DNA of 64,000 nucleotides from the human T2T-CHM13v2.0 reference genome, Homo sapiens. The first letter of the stretch is position 1. Each line of letters opens with the position of its first letter. The stretch is from the NCBI RefSeq assembly GCF_009914755.1, contig NC_060925.1, one strand, 5' to 3'. The position numbers were made by a program, and so were the translations under genes. Shown in pieces: positions 14,166-29,009 of this stretch. The notes below the pieces were generated by a model, which was not told the origin of the DNA, did no database searches, and saw only the letters and a program-made list of their open reading frames with translations.

Positions 14166-17102
14166 TAGGAGAGGGAGCCCTGGCCTTATTGGGCCATTCT
14201 GGGGGAGAAGTAAAGAGGAGTCCCAGACAGAGTCAGTGGATCTTTGGGGCCCCCTCAAGTTTGCTATGTAAGCGTGGCAGGCTCTCAGTGCCTGGGCTCC
14301 TGAAGCTGCCCTGGTTCTTGTGTGAAGGGGCCGGCTCCTGGGCTGGGAGCCTCTGCTGCAGCTGGAGCCTGGACTGCTTGATTTAGACCCCCTGCCAGGT
14401 CCCCAGAGCTCGGCCTGGGCAGCAGCTCCTCCCAGAGGACGCGCCCGTTTATTATGCGCTCCTGCTCCCTCATGGCTCAGGCAGGCAGCGGCCTTCATTA
14501 GCGGAGGAGCTGGGGTCTGTTTTGGCTGCCTCATCAGCATCAGTGAACTGCGTCCCTGCGAGATTTGATACAATTTAATTAACCTAATTAAAAGCTCTGA
14601 TTGCAGAGATGATTGGGGTAGCGCCAGCAGCGACTGCATATTTATAATGAGCTGCAAGGTGTGGGACCGCAGCCAAACGCCACGCATCCTAATGAGCGGG
14701 AGCCGGGAGCCAGGGAGCGGGAGAGGGAACGTTTATTTTTGGCAACAATGCCCAGTTCCTCCCTGCCAGGGAGTCAGAGACCCAGGGAGCAGAGACGGAC
14801 CTGCCCACTGTGCTCTTCCGCACAAGGTGGAAGCAGAAATGTGTGCTCTCCACCGGTTCTAGGGCCCTTGGACGCCCCAGGAGCACACAGTGCCCGTGTT
14901 TCTGTTTGTAGAGTAGGGGGCTGGGACCCCAGCCATGCACTTTTCCTGCCTCTCATCTCTGGGAGTCAGGGGCTGCCTTCTGAACCGGGGCCTTGCTGTG
15001 AGGAAACAGGACCCAGCAGAACCACCTTGTTTCCAGGCTCCAGGATCCCTGGGCTGTTTTCTCAAACTTGCCAAGGAAGAGACAGGGGCTGGCAGGACAG
15101 GCTGAGAGGCTGCTTGGGAGTCAGAAAAGGGGTCTGCATATCCAGGAGTCCCAGATGAAGATCCTGGGCCTGGGACAGAAAGGAGAAACAGGAGGGGCAA
15201 ACTTCCCACTCATCCTGGAAGCTGGGGACCCCTGTCCCCATCTCCTCACTCCCTTTGAGGACCCTGCCCAGGGAGGCCAGCTGCCCTGGACTCTTCCTGT
15301 CTTCTCCCACTGCCTCTGTCTGGGGAAGTCTTGGTTTGTCTGACTCAGCGTTTCCGCTGTAAATCACATCTAATAATACCGAGAGTGAGAGCTGAGACGG
15401 AGGTGCTGTGGGTGAAGGGGCACCGGGGAGGAGGGGCACGCCGCCTAGGTGCCAATGGGTGTTGTTCAGGGAGGGAGCTCTGAGGCGGCAGGAATGGGGG
15501 CTGGGCCCTGAGGAAGAAGGTGGGAGCAGCCTGCCACCCCTGCCCCCATTCCTGCTCTGGAGCTTGTGTAGGTCATGAGCTCAGCCAGGCTGGCCCAGCC
15601 CCCCAGTGCTTTGAGTGCCGCCAGGACAAGATGAGATTTGTCCCAGCCTACCTTGCAGAGTTGCAGCTGTTTAGCTCCCTTATCAATCTTCTCTGTGGGT
15701 TTAATCATCTCTCTGTCATCCTGCTGGGGCAGCCCTCCCCTAACTGAAGCCCCCAGAGGGGCTGGAGCTTCTCAGCCCCAGCTTTCCTCCAGTCCCCCTC
15801 CCCCAGACAAGCATCTTTCCCCACCTGACTTCCCTTATGGGAGATAGAGGGTGGGCCAGGGCGGCTTTGCTCCAGGTTTAGTCTCAGTGGCAGGGGTGAA
15901 TGTCCTTGTGTTTGCAAGATGTAAACAGGATGAAGGGTGGGTAGAGGTGGCACTGGCAGAGAATTTGTCCCAGCTGGGTCCTCAAGGTCTTTGACTCCAT
16001 TCCAGCCTGGGTAGAACAGGGCCTAGAGGTCGGCTATGAGGGCTTTCTGCCCAGAACCAGGAGATTCTTGCGTAGGTGCACGATCCTTCCCTCCTGCCAG
16101 CCCCTTAGGAGCTGCAGCCAGCCAGCCAGCTCTGGCCTCCTTCCCTGGGTGGGTCCTGTGGGGCTCAGGGGCCCGTGGGCAGTAACCACGAGCCCACGGC
16201 TTTGTGTGCATCTTGGGAAGGAGGGCGCACAGGAGTCAATGGAGCCTGTGTTGTGGTCCAGGCGGGGAGCCAGGGCGCAAGGGGTTTTGGGGCTGCCCCA
16301 GTGCTGACGTGCAAGATGACCTTCAGGGCCGCGCTTCGGCCCTCTGCTGTGCTCTCCTTCCCTGCTGAGCATCTGGAGAATGGGCAAGGAGGTGGCATGG
16401 GATGGGGTATGTGCCCCCAGAGGGAACATGAGAAAGAGGGCCCTTCTTCCCCTGCTCCCCACTCCTCACCCTAGGCCTTCTCTGTGCAAATGGAAGGCCA
16501 GCGCCTCCCCGTTTCTCAGAAGGGGATGTAAAGTCCCAGAGAGGGTTGGGATCTGGCTGAACATCACCCAGCTTGTCCTCAAGGCAGGGACTGTGAGACC
16601 CCTGCAGAGGGTCCCTCAGGACGGAACCAAAGGTTCTGGAGGGCCACCAACCAGTCCTGGGCTGGAGGGGGCTTGTTAGGTTCAGCATAAGGCTGGGCTC
16701 TGGAAGACAATGGAGTGTTGATGAGGCTTCGGTCCTGGTCTCACATGACCTGACCAGGCAGGGTGGGTGGACTGCACGTGGCTGAGTTGCCTGGGCTGAC
16801 CTTTGGTCGCTGGCTAGGGAAGAGAGGAAGCCATGAAGGCTCCTGCCCACTCCATGCCCTGGGCACCCTGACACCCCCTCCCCAGGAACTGCCCTCTGGG
16901 CACACACTGTCTTCCACCTACCTACCTTCTTCTTTAGTCTTTCTCTTTTCTCTGCCACGTGTAGGAGCATGTGTACAATATGTGTGTATTTGTGTGTGAA
17001 AGTATATGTCTGTGTGAATGTGAGAAGTGAGGCATAGGATGAAAGGGAGAGAAGAGACCCTCTTTCTGGGTTCTTCCCTATCAGGAATAAAGACTGAGTT
17101 TC

Positions 17103-18155
<1,053 letters not shown>

Positions 18156-18216
18156 CTATGGTCAGCATCTTCCAGCTCAGGCTGGAACCAGAGCTGTGAC
18201 GGAACCAGAGCTGTGA

Positions 18217-18871
<655 letters not shown>

Positions 18872-20855
18872 ACACTTAGGATTATTGAAGGGGTTTATCT
18901 GCCCCACCTCTTCCCTTGACAAGATGCTAAGGTGGATGTAGCAAAGGGGTTTATCTGAAGAGACTCTTCCCCTGAAATCCCCAGAGGGTTGAGGTCCAGG
19001 GTCTCAGAGAAGGGGCAAACCAGTGTGAATGACACAGCAGCTGAAAGGAAGCCCAAGGCCCGACTTTGTCATATTACATATATTGTGTGAAGCTTTTCTG
19101 GTGAATACTCCTTTGCTGGGAGCACCATCCAATTTTCTCACTAGGGCTGGTCCACCCCTAAACCTTTCTGGTGGCCCTGAGAGTTTGGGGCAGGAAGCTA
19201 AGCTCCCGCCTGGGATGAGATGAGGGTGGGGCACCCAGGCATGGGCATGAGGAGGCATCTGGGTGAGGGGACAGCACATGTGCCCTCAAACTCTCCAGGC
19301 TTCTCTCAAATTAACAGCTTCAGGTGGTGTGGCTGAGGAGTGTTTCTGGGTGATCCTACCTCCTCCCTTTTGTGTCCTTTGGCTGCCACCCTGCATAGAG
19401 TCCTCTGAATCTCCTCAGGTACTGGGGGAGACAGAATAGGAATGGTCCTTAGCAGTGGAGTGGAAAGGACAGGGCCTGAAGGGGCTGGGATGGAGGCTTT
19501 GTATGACCCCATGGGGCTGAGTTTGAGGATGGGCAGAGGCCAGGGCTGAGGCTAGAGCTGGGATTTGAAGTTGGAGCCGAGTTGAACGTGGACTAAAGTG
19601 AGATGTTGGAGGTTGGGTTGGAAGGGCGTCTCCTTCAGTCTTGACAGGATTCTGAGATGTCTATATTTGGAGTTCAAGGCAGATGTTCTCCCCCAGGTGA
19701 AGAGAATGTTTGGTGTCAGCTATCCCCTTGGAGGCTGGGGTGGGACACATCCCTTCCCCCTGCTCACCACAGCCAGGCAGAGTCATACATCACCAAGGGG
19801 CTGGGCTCCCTAGATGTATTGCCCTCATGCATCGCTATAGCAACCCTACTTTAATCCTGCATTATTCTAATGTGGTCCCCCTCCCCACTGTGATGTATAG
19901 CTGGGGTCTTAGAGCTGCTAGGCCCCTTTTCCGAGAGTCTGCTCCATCCACCCCATCTTGCCTCTCTTCACCCTGTGCATGGGACTCTTTGTGAGGCTGG
20001 GTGTGGAGGTGGGTCTGGCCCATCAGCCTACCCGCCTGCCTCCCCAGTGAGGGGAAGTAGGAGGCCATGTGTCCCCGGCCCTGGTACACGAGCGCCTGAC
20101 GCACCGACCCACGCCAGCTTGCCCAGCCTGGGGACCTGAGGCCTTGGGGTTGGGGGCCAGGGCTGGACAATGGCTGCATTCCGGCTGTTAGCCACAGGCC
20201 CCCATTGTTCCTGTGGACACTGCCTGCTTGAGGGCCGAGATTCTGGCCCTCACCCCGTGTGGGGCGTAGGATGCTCCCTGGACCACTCCCCCGCGGACCA
20301 TAGAGGGGTGATTCATGGGGTGGCCAGGGCAGAGCAGGCCCCAGCTGTGCCCAGATTCTGGGGCTGGGAGGGGGAGGCAACTGAGGGTTGTTTGTGTCAG
20401 GGGAGGGGGGTTGATTGAATAGCCAGAGGACTCCAGGCCCTGGACGCCAACCACGTCATCTCCTACCCCGCCTCATGTGTGGGCCGGCCAGAGAGGCCCC
20501 ATTGTCAGGGGAGCAGGCCCACCCAGGCTGGAAGGGAAGCGAGAACTGAGGAGGACCACCTCAAACTGGGAAAACCCATAGACCCCACAGTCTGCACTGC
20601 TGGGGAAACTGAGATTCAGAGAATGGCAGGGTCTTGCTCAAAGTCATACAGCTAGGTGGTGACAGGCCCCAGCTGGTGGTGATATCTCCCTATACCTTCC
20701 TGGAGATGCTGCTGCCATTTCTGACAGAAACCGAGTCCCATTGGTGACTTCAGTTTTGGCAGAAGTTATGTTCATGAACTCCTTCCTCTTCCCCACTTCC
20801 TTTGAAATCCCTCCAGTTTAGGTTAGCACTTGTGTCCTTGGAGTAAGGAATTGGA

Positions 20856-21141
20856 GGCTGGGCACGGTGGCTTACACCTGTAATCCAACACTTTGGGAGG
20901 CCAAGGTGGGAGGATTGCTTGAGGCCAGGAGATTGAGACTAGCCTGGGCAACCTAGTGAGAGACCCTGTCTCTACAGAAAGAAAACAAAATTAGCCAGCC
21001 GTGGTGGCACATGCCTGTACCCTGTAGCCCTAGCTATTTGGGAGGCTGGGGTGGGAGGATTGCTTGAACCTAGGAGTTCAAAGTCGCAGTGAGCTATGAT
21101 CACGCCACTGCACTCCAGCCTTGACAACAGAGAAAAAAAAA
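20856..21141 (+). mobile_element. AluJ-like element
   Basis: Diverged dimeric Alu with an A-tail. Confidence 0.85.
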
Positions 21142-21431
21142 TAGAGCTAAGGGGAGTCCTAGGGCCATGCAGAGTCCATATGGACAACACTTTCTGTGGG
21201 GCCCTCAAGAAATGAGTGAGGCATGGAGGTTCCCAGTCTCTGACACACAGGATGCATAGATGCAACAATCAACTTCATTGTTTCCTCCCAATTTTTTCAT
21301 GTAGGCCCTCGTATACCTACCCTATATGACTTCAGAGTTAGGGAAGGGAAGAGACTAATCTAGGAGTGTTCTGAGAACAGAGGGACTGGTCTTATCTATC
21401 TTTGTGCTCAACATAAGGCCTGGTTGTTAAA

Positions 21432-21605
21432 TTGGATGATTGGATGAGCGGATGGTAGATGGATGGGTAAGTGGTTGAATAGGTAGTTGAAGCGTGGATG
21501 GATGAATGGGTGAGTGGATGAGTGGGTAGATGGATGAATGGGTGGGTGGGTGGGTTGATGAATGGGTGAGTGGATGGATGTAGAATAGATGGATGGAGGA
21601 ATGAA
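21432..21605. repeat. Degenerate (GGAT/GGGT)n tetranucleotide repeat
   Basis: Seen directly. Confidence 0.9.
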
Positions 21606-22434
21606 TGGGAGAATGCCTGTTTCATACACTGAGGTCCAGGGATGACAAATGACCCAACTTGGGATGAACAGTGGAGTGAGGCCTGGATGCAGGTACCTGG
21701 GCACCACCTTTGAGGCTTGGTTGTGCTGTGGCATGGTTTGGTGGTCAACCTCTGGGCAGAGATGCAGAAGAAGCAGGAATTGAGACTTAAAGGAATCTAT
21801 AGACAGACTTAGTCTTATGGTGTGTGACTCCACAGGGTCTTTGACCCTGAGTTGAATTTTCTGTGCTGGAGTTAAAGGAGAGGGCAGGGGGCTACTGGTG
21901 GAAGGGTCCCGCGAAGGGCAAGAAAGTAAATGAGTGGAGTCTAAGGGTTCAGGCTGAGTGACTTTGGCTCTTTGGGATTAGGCCCAGAGCCAGGACCCCC
22001 CTGCACCTTGCCCCCAGGCAAACACTCACTTATTCTTCATGACCCAGCTTGATGGTACCACCCTGCATGAGGCCTTCCCTGACCCTCTGAGTGCTGTCTT
22101 CCAGAACCTAGGACAGAACCTTAGTCCATAGAAGGGGACCAGTGCACATGACTGAGGTCATGGGAATGCTACAAAGTGGCAGAAGTAGAGAATAGATTGA
22201 GAATCTGTATCTATCGCTAGTTTTCTGGGTTATCTCAGTTAAGGCCCTCAATATCATTGGGCCTCAGTTTCCTCACCTGTAGGCTGGGGATGGGGATCTT
22301 GAGCTTTTCTTTCTGGAGTGGTTTTGAGAATGAAGAGAAATAATTCTAGGCCGGGGAAGCACTAGGCATTATTTTTCTGCACTGCTTAAGCTCAGCAATA
22401 ATATAATAATATATGTTGTACATATAAAATTATT

Positions 22435-22640
22435 TTTATAGCCAACATTTAATGTGCACTTGCAATGTGCCAGGCTGTCTTCTAAGTGTTTACATATATC
22501 ATCTCTTATCTACTCCTCACAGCAATTCTACAAAGAAGGCACTATTATTATCTTCATTTACCGATGAGGAAACTGAAGTTTGGAAGGCTTAAGTATCTTG
22601 CCAAAAGTCTCAAGGGTAATAGGTGGTGCAGCCAGGATGA
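22435..22640 (-). mobile_element. MIR
   Basis: gatgaggaaactgaagtttggaaggcttaagtatcttgccaaa core. Confidence 0.7.
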
Positions 22641-23203
22641 ATGTCTGGGCAGCTGCCAGGGCCCACATTCTTAGGCGCTACATGGAACTGCGCAGTACAT
22701 GGAGGCTTGGAGTGGATCAATCAGAAGGGCTTCCTGACGGTCTTGATGATCCCAGGCAAATTACACAACTTCCTTGAGCCTCATGAGATTTAAGTTGAGC
22801 ACAGAGAAAGATAAGAGCCCTGTGTTGAGCACAGAGATAGATAAAAACGAGTCTCTCTGTTTTCAAAACACACCCTGATAGTGGGGTAGTGGAGGGAGGG
22901 GCAGCTTCTAGCCAATGAACCCCATCACCCTTGGTCCCCAGCTTCTCTCCCTGGCCCAGTCCTGAGTCCTGGAACCTCCCCTGCCTTGGGCAAATACCCA
23001 AGCACTGAACACAGTGTTTGCCCCAGCAGGGGGTGCCATGGACCTGGGAGTCCATGTCCCAGGTCCATATCCAGGACATCTGAGTGGGCTCTGGGAGTCA
23101 GAAAAAGTGGGCTTTATCCCAGCTTCTGTCATTAACAAATCTTGCTGCCGTGGACAAGTCACTCTGGGTACCACTTTCCTCATCTATAAAATACAAATAA
23201 TTA

Positions 23204-23707
<504 letters not shown>

Positions 23708-24930
23708 TCATCACTTATGTAAACTCTATATGCATATTATCCCACTTAATTCTCAAAACAACTCTATGATCAGGGAACTGCCTTTGTTACCATACCAGGA
23801 AATGGGGGCACAGAAATGTAGGTAGTTGGCCTAAAGTCACAAAACTGATAAGAAGTGGAGACAGGATTTTTGCCCAGGTGTCTGGTCCCAGAGCCCCTGT
23901 CTTTCACCATTCTGCTCTCTACCTCCTCGGAGGCGTGGATAGCTTCCGGAGGGACTGTGATGACAAGGGGAGAAGGCAGGTGACCCACAGAGGCTGGAGG
24001 GTGCCTGGCCATGGGCTTGGTCTGTCCATGAGCTGCTTGGGTCAGCTCTACCAGCTTCTGTGTGGATGGAGCACTCCCTCCTCTCCAGGCCAGCCCAGCT
24101 CCAGGGAAGGCCCAAGGATGGGGACAATATCCCATTCCAGGCCACGGAGCAGTGGTAATGCAGGGTCCAGGTCTGCTCCGGCTCTTGCTCTTGCTCAGAG
24201 CTGAATAATCTGGAGCCTTTGAAGAAGGATTTCTGAAAAGCCATCAGGAGTGAATCATTGACTTAGGGAGGCGATGAATCAACGGGGAGTTCATAAAACG
24301 GCAAATGAATCGGGTGTGAGAGCGACAGAGCCACTGCTATTCCCCAGAACCCTCCAGGGACAGAGAGCCGAGAGAAAAGAAATAAAAATAACACGGGGCC
24401 TTACGCCTGCCACAAACCCCAGGCAGCCCCTCCTTCCAAGTGGGAAGACAGAGTGGGGCAGAGGGATGGGACCCACTGTGGGTGAAGTGGGGCCAGAGGG
24501 AGGCTCCCGGGGGCACTCCCAGCTCTCTGGGTCCAGGCTGTGGGTGTAATTAGCAAATGCCTTTTCACTTCTTTTCAGGAGCCCTTATAAGAAAGAACAC
24601 TGATTTTGACGAACACCCAAAATAATGTGAGATCAGGCACCATGCATTATGCATGAGGTCTGATTTAACATGAACATTATTTCTTGTGTACGAGACCATA
24701 TGCCTCCGTGCTGTCTCTGCAGCCTAATAATACCCAGACCCACCCTGGTCAGGCTCAGCAGGAGACATGTCCACTGGTGTGTATGTGTTGGGGGCAGGGA
24801 TTGGAGCAAAGCTCTCCTGGTACTCAGGTCATCTGAGGAGAGCCCACTCAGATGCCCAGGAGCGGGGTGGGTAGTGGGAGGTGGGTCATGCCCTTGGAGA
24901 AAGACCAATGTAACCATGTGAACGTGCCAC

Positions 24931-24972
24931 TGTGCGTGCGCGCGTGCGCACGCGCGTGTGTGTGTGTGTGTG
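24931..24972. repeat. Alternating purine-pyrimidine (CG/TG) tract
   Basis: tgtgcgtgcgcgcgtgcgcacgcgcgtgtgtgtgtgtgtgtg. Confidence 0.9.
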
Positions 24973-25637
24973 ACATCAGGGGCCCGTGACTAGGTGATGC
25001 TGGGTTCATTGCATAGCAATGTGGGGGCATATGCATAGCTGAGGTTTTACTGCACAAGAAGGACTACGGCAGGAATGGATAGATCTAATTGCTGTGTGTG
25101 TTTGTATATATACACGCATATGTATGTGTGGGGGTGTGTGTTTAAAAAATAAGATCACACATACATACAAACACACAGCCTAACTTTAATTATCTGAAAG
25201 GAGCCGGAAGAGATCTGGGAGGAGCTGGGACAATGATGGACAGGAATGTGTTTGGAAAGCAGTTTAGGGGCAAGTGCTTGGAAATCCTGAGAGAAGGGGA
25301 CCAGGTCAAATGTTGCAAAGGATGGCCGTGTGTGCTTAATCAAATATTACATGTGCCAGGTACTCAGTGACTCTCAAGAGCTTAGTGCCAAAGACCAGAA
25401 AGCTAGTCTTAGACTGCCCAAACTGTGGTGTGGGTGTGACCATGGGTGTCTTAGCATGCGTGTGAGTGAGCAAGGTGGTGAGAGCCTGGATTGGGGTTTT
25501 AACTGGTTGAGGGGAGGAGTGATGGGGATGGGGATGAGTGGAGAGAGAGAGAGAGGAGGTGGTGTATGATCGTGGGTTTCTGAGAGTGGCTGTGTGAATG
25601 GGCAGGGTGGAAGATGAGAGGGAAGGGTCATGGATTA

Positions 25638-25655
25638 GTGTGTGTGTGTATGTAT

Positions 25656-25710
<55 letters not shown>
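25638..25710. repeat. Compound (TG)n(AG)n microsatellite
   Basis: Seen directly. Confidence 0.95.
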
Positions 25711-25711
<1 letters not shown>

Positions 25712-28700
25712 CAGGCTTGCTTCTTTTGGAGGCTAAAGTTGCCTCTGCTCTAACTGGCAGTCCTCCTCGAACAGCCCACTTGAAGCTGACTTTTTAAGGG
25801 CATGCTTAGGTTCAAGGTGGCTCTGGTAACTGCTACCAGGTCCCAGTTCAGGGACCAATAGAGGGCAGTCCTCCCACATGGAGGCCTCAAGAGGCAGCAA
25901 GGGGAGCCCTAAATGGCCAAACACCATTTCAACTCCAGAGCCTTCAAATGTGACAGGCAGGGACAAAACGGATGGCTCCTCCAGCTACCTCTGGTCTCAG
26001 TCTCTGAGCCAGAGGCCCTGGGTAGATCATCTTGGCTGAGCTTAGGAGAGTAACTAGGCCTGATAACCAGTCTCCTCTCACTCCACCCTCTGCTTAGGTG
26101 GGTCTCCTTTTTGGAGCTGAAGCCCTGCTAGGGAAAGTTCCAGGGAGGGAGGCAGCCCGGCCCTGGATGTGTCATTGGAGGCCCAGAGCCTCTCCAGGGG
26201 AGGATGAGTTCTAAACGGCTCTAAGTGGGCACCTGCGATTGGGGGTCAGTTAGTCCTATGGACATCCAGTCAAGTCCTAAGGTCAAGGGATGATTGCATA
26301 GGACCTAAGGCATGCAACATATAAATTAGTGCAACCTTCTGGGCAGTAGGTGGGGGAGAATATAATGTCGTCACGCCTCAAGGCAGGATACCTTCTGGGT
26401 TTGCCTTGATGACCGCAGGTGACTAAGATGACCATTTTCCTTCCTTTTGGTATTGGCCAACCTCCATTCTACAAATATTCTTCCTGCTGAAAGCATTAGC
26501 AGTGTAGCCTGGGTTTTCTTTTCCCTCTCCTACCTCTGGGATTGGCTGTGGCTTTGCACACACAACAGCATACACACAAATTCTTACACCAACTTGCAGA
26601 GGTTCACATGGGGAGAGAGTTCTAACTACCATAATCTGTGGCCACATCAACATAAACAATAATTTTGTTCAAGTGAGATGCGGAAGGAGATGGGATCAGA
26701 AAATTCCCAATATGCTAGGGAAAGCTTGGACTTCCTTGGAGGTTGATGCTAGGGACACATACCTCTCCTGAACAAAAGGAAGTCTGAGGCTCTCAGGCAC
26801 AAGCAGGTAGATATACATACCCTTGGGACGGAGAGACTGCATCAAGCCCACAGTTGGCTGTGCTTGTCCTAACTCTATTCTATCCAGGGAAAAAGATTTC
26901 TCTTTCCTATAAAGTGCTGAGATTCCTACCATGTAGGGGCCTTCTGCGACCAAGGGGTTGATCACCAGGTAGCTATCTCATGCTGGTATCTCATTAAGCC
27001 AGATCCTTGCAAAGTAAAAGATTTTCTTCCATCCCTTTTTCCACTTTTTTTTTTTCTCATTTTTTTTGTTCTACTCCTCAGCTGCTGCTGGTTCTTGGGA
27101 GGCTGCTTTGTTTTGCTATTTTTGAGTTGACTTGCTTAAATAATAAACCCACCCTCTTGTAGAGGATTAAGCAGACAATTAGGAAATCAATCAATCAATT
27201 GGTGTCAGCTGCAGGCAGAGGCCGGTGAAAGGCCTCATCTTCCCGGTGGCCCTTTCCAACCTCAAAACCTGCTGAGGCTCTGGGCCGCGCAGGCGGCGGG
27301 AGCTCTCAGCTTCATTTGCTTCCATTTCAGAGCCTTGAGGCTGGGACAAATCCAGGAATGGAGAAATGAGGGAGCAGGGAGGAGTGTGTGGCGGCTTCAA
27401 AGTTTTGTTCTTGGTGGAGTAGGAAATGAGAGGCTGAGGCAGGGTGGTCAGTGGCTCCTGGCTATGCCATTGCCCAGCTGGCCGGTATGTTGCCAGCTTC
27501 CTCTTTAGGAAACATGGGAGGGAAGGCTGCCTGGCCCACCAGTGTGGGGAACGGCTGGGACACAGGTGCCAATTACAGGGCTATTCACTCACCTGGCTGG
27601 ACTGAGCTGAGGAGGAGAAGAAAAAAGGAGCAGGGAGTGAGGGGCTGGGCCTCTAGAAGCCGAGGCAGCCTTTGTACTTGCAGAGACAATTCCCCCCAAG
27701 AGTGAGGGCCGAGCGCAGAAAGTCGCCAGGAACTCTCAGCATGGCACAGTCATCCCGAGGCCCTAGCCCCGCCGGGGAGCACCAACTTGGGGCCCTGGGG
27801 ACACCTCTCTGGACATCCCTGACACCGTCAGCTAGAGCCCAGGCCTCTCACAGGCCTGGACTTGGGCCGCTTCCCTGGCAGGAGGGGCCCCACACGCCCC
27901 CTCACTAGGGTCAGCTTTCTCCCCAGCTAAGAGATTGTGCCTTCAAGCTTTGGCTTCACAAAGAGTGAGAGAAACCGCATGTGGCTTCTCCTGAGAGGGG
28001 AAAAGAACTGCGTCTACGGAGGAAGCAGGAAGAGCTCTTTTATCAGTATTTTTAAGAAGGGTTGTTTTAAAGGAGAAAATAAGGTCTTGACTGGAACCCA
28101 GGTAGTCTGGAGCTCTGCGTCGGGAACCAGATCTGCCCCCAGATACCCTGACTCACTCCAGAAGACAGCATCTGAGGTCTGTGCTCTCCTTCCTATCACT
28201 CCCTGCAGTGGTGGCGGTGATGAGGGTCTTGGGTACCCAACCTTGGAAAGAAGATATCAGGTCTTTCTGATGGCACAGTTACCCGTGCCTCCACTTCTCC
28301 CCAACAGAAGCTGGGGCAGCGGTTTGTTTGCAGAGACATAAGACCGGCTTTGCCCAAGCAAATTGGCAGGGCTCCCTCCCTAGGCTGACCCAGCTCACGT
28401 AGGACCATGAAAGCCACGTCTGTCTAAGCTGTTAGAACTCCCAGTGCATCCAGGGGGGCTTGGGCACCATTTGAGTTTGGGTGGAGAGCCTGCTGGAGTA
28501 GGATGGTGGGGCCTCACCAGGCTTCCAGGTGCCCTAGGACTGGGAATGGTAAAGTTGGCTCAGACCTCTCATATAGAGTGCAAGGTGAAATGAAAGTTGG
28601 GGGTTGAGGTGTCAGGTGGGGGATTATAGATTCTAGGCTGGTGACCCAGGCCGAGGTGGGCTTCTTTCTTGGTGGAGAAGAGCAGTCGAGTTGTGCATGA

Positions 28701-29009
28701 ACAATGGCTGATCCGAATTCCATGTGGTGTCTTTGGCTCACTGTCCCGGGCCCTGGTTTGGTCTAGGAGAGTCTGTCTACGACAGGGGGACACGAGGCAG
28801 CTTCATCTTCCCTAAACTGATGCATCTGAGGCAGGGGCCCAACTGTTGCCCATGTCCTGATATCCACCTGGAAGGTCTGCAGGGTCATCTTCCTCCAAGA
28901 TCTCTCCTGGTGAGATCAGAACTTCAGGGAGGTGAAGCAGGGGATCCCATCGCTTCACCCCAAAAACCCACCCAGCCCTAGCAGTAAAAAGGACAGGACA
29001 CAGCCCTGG

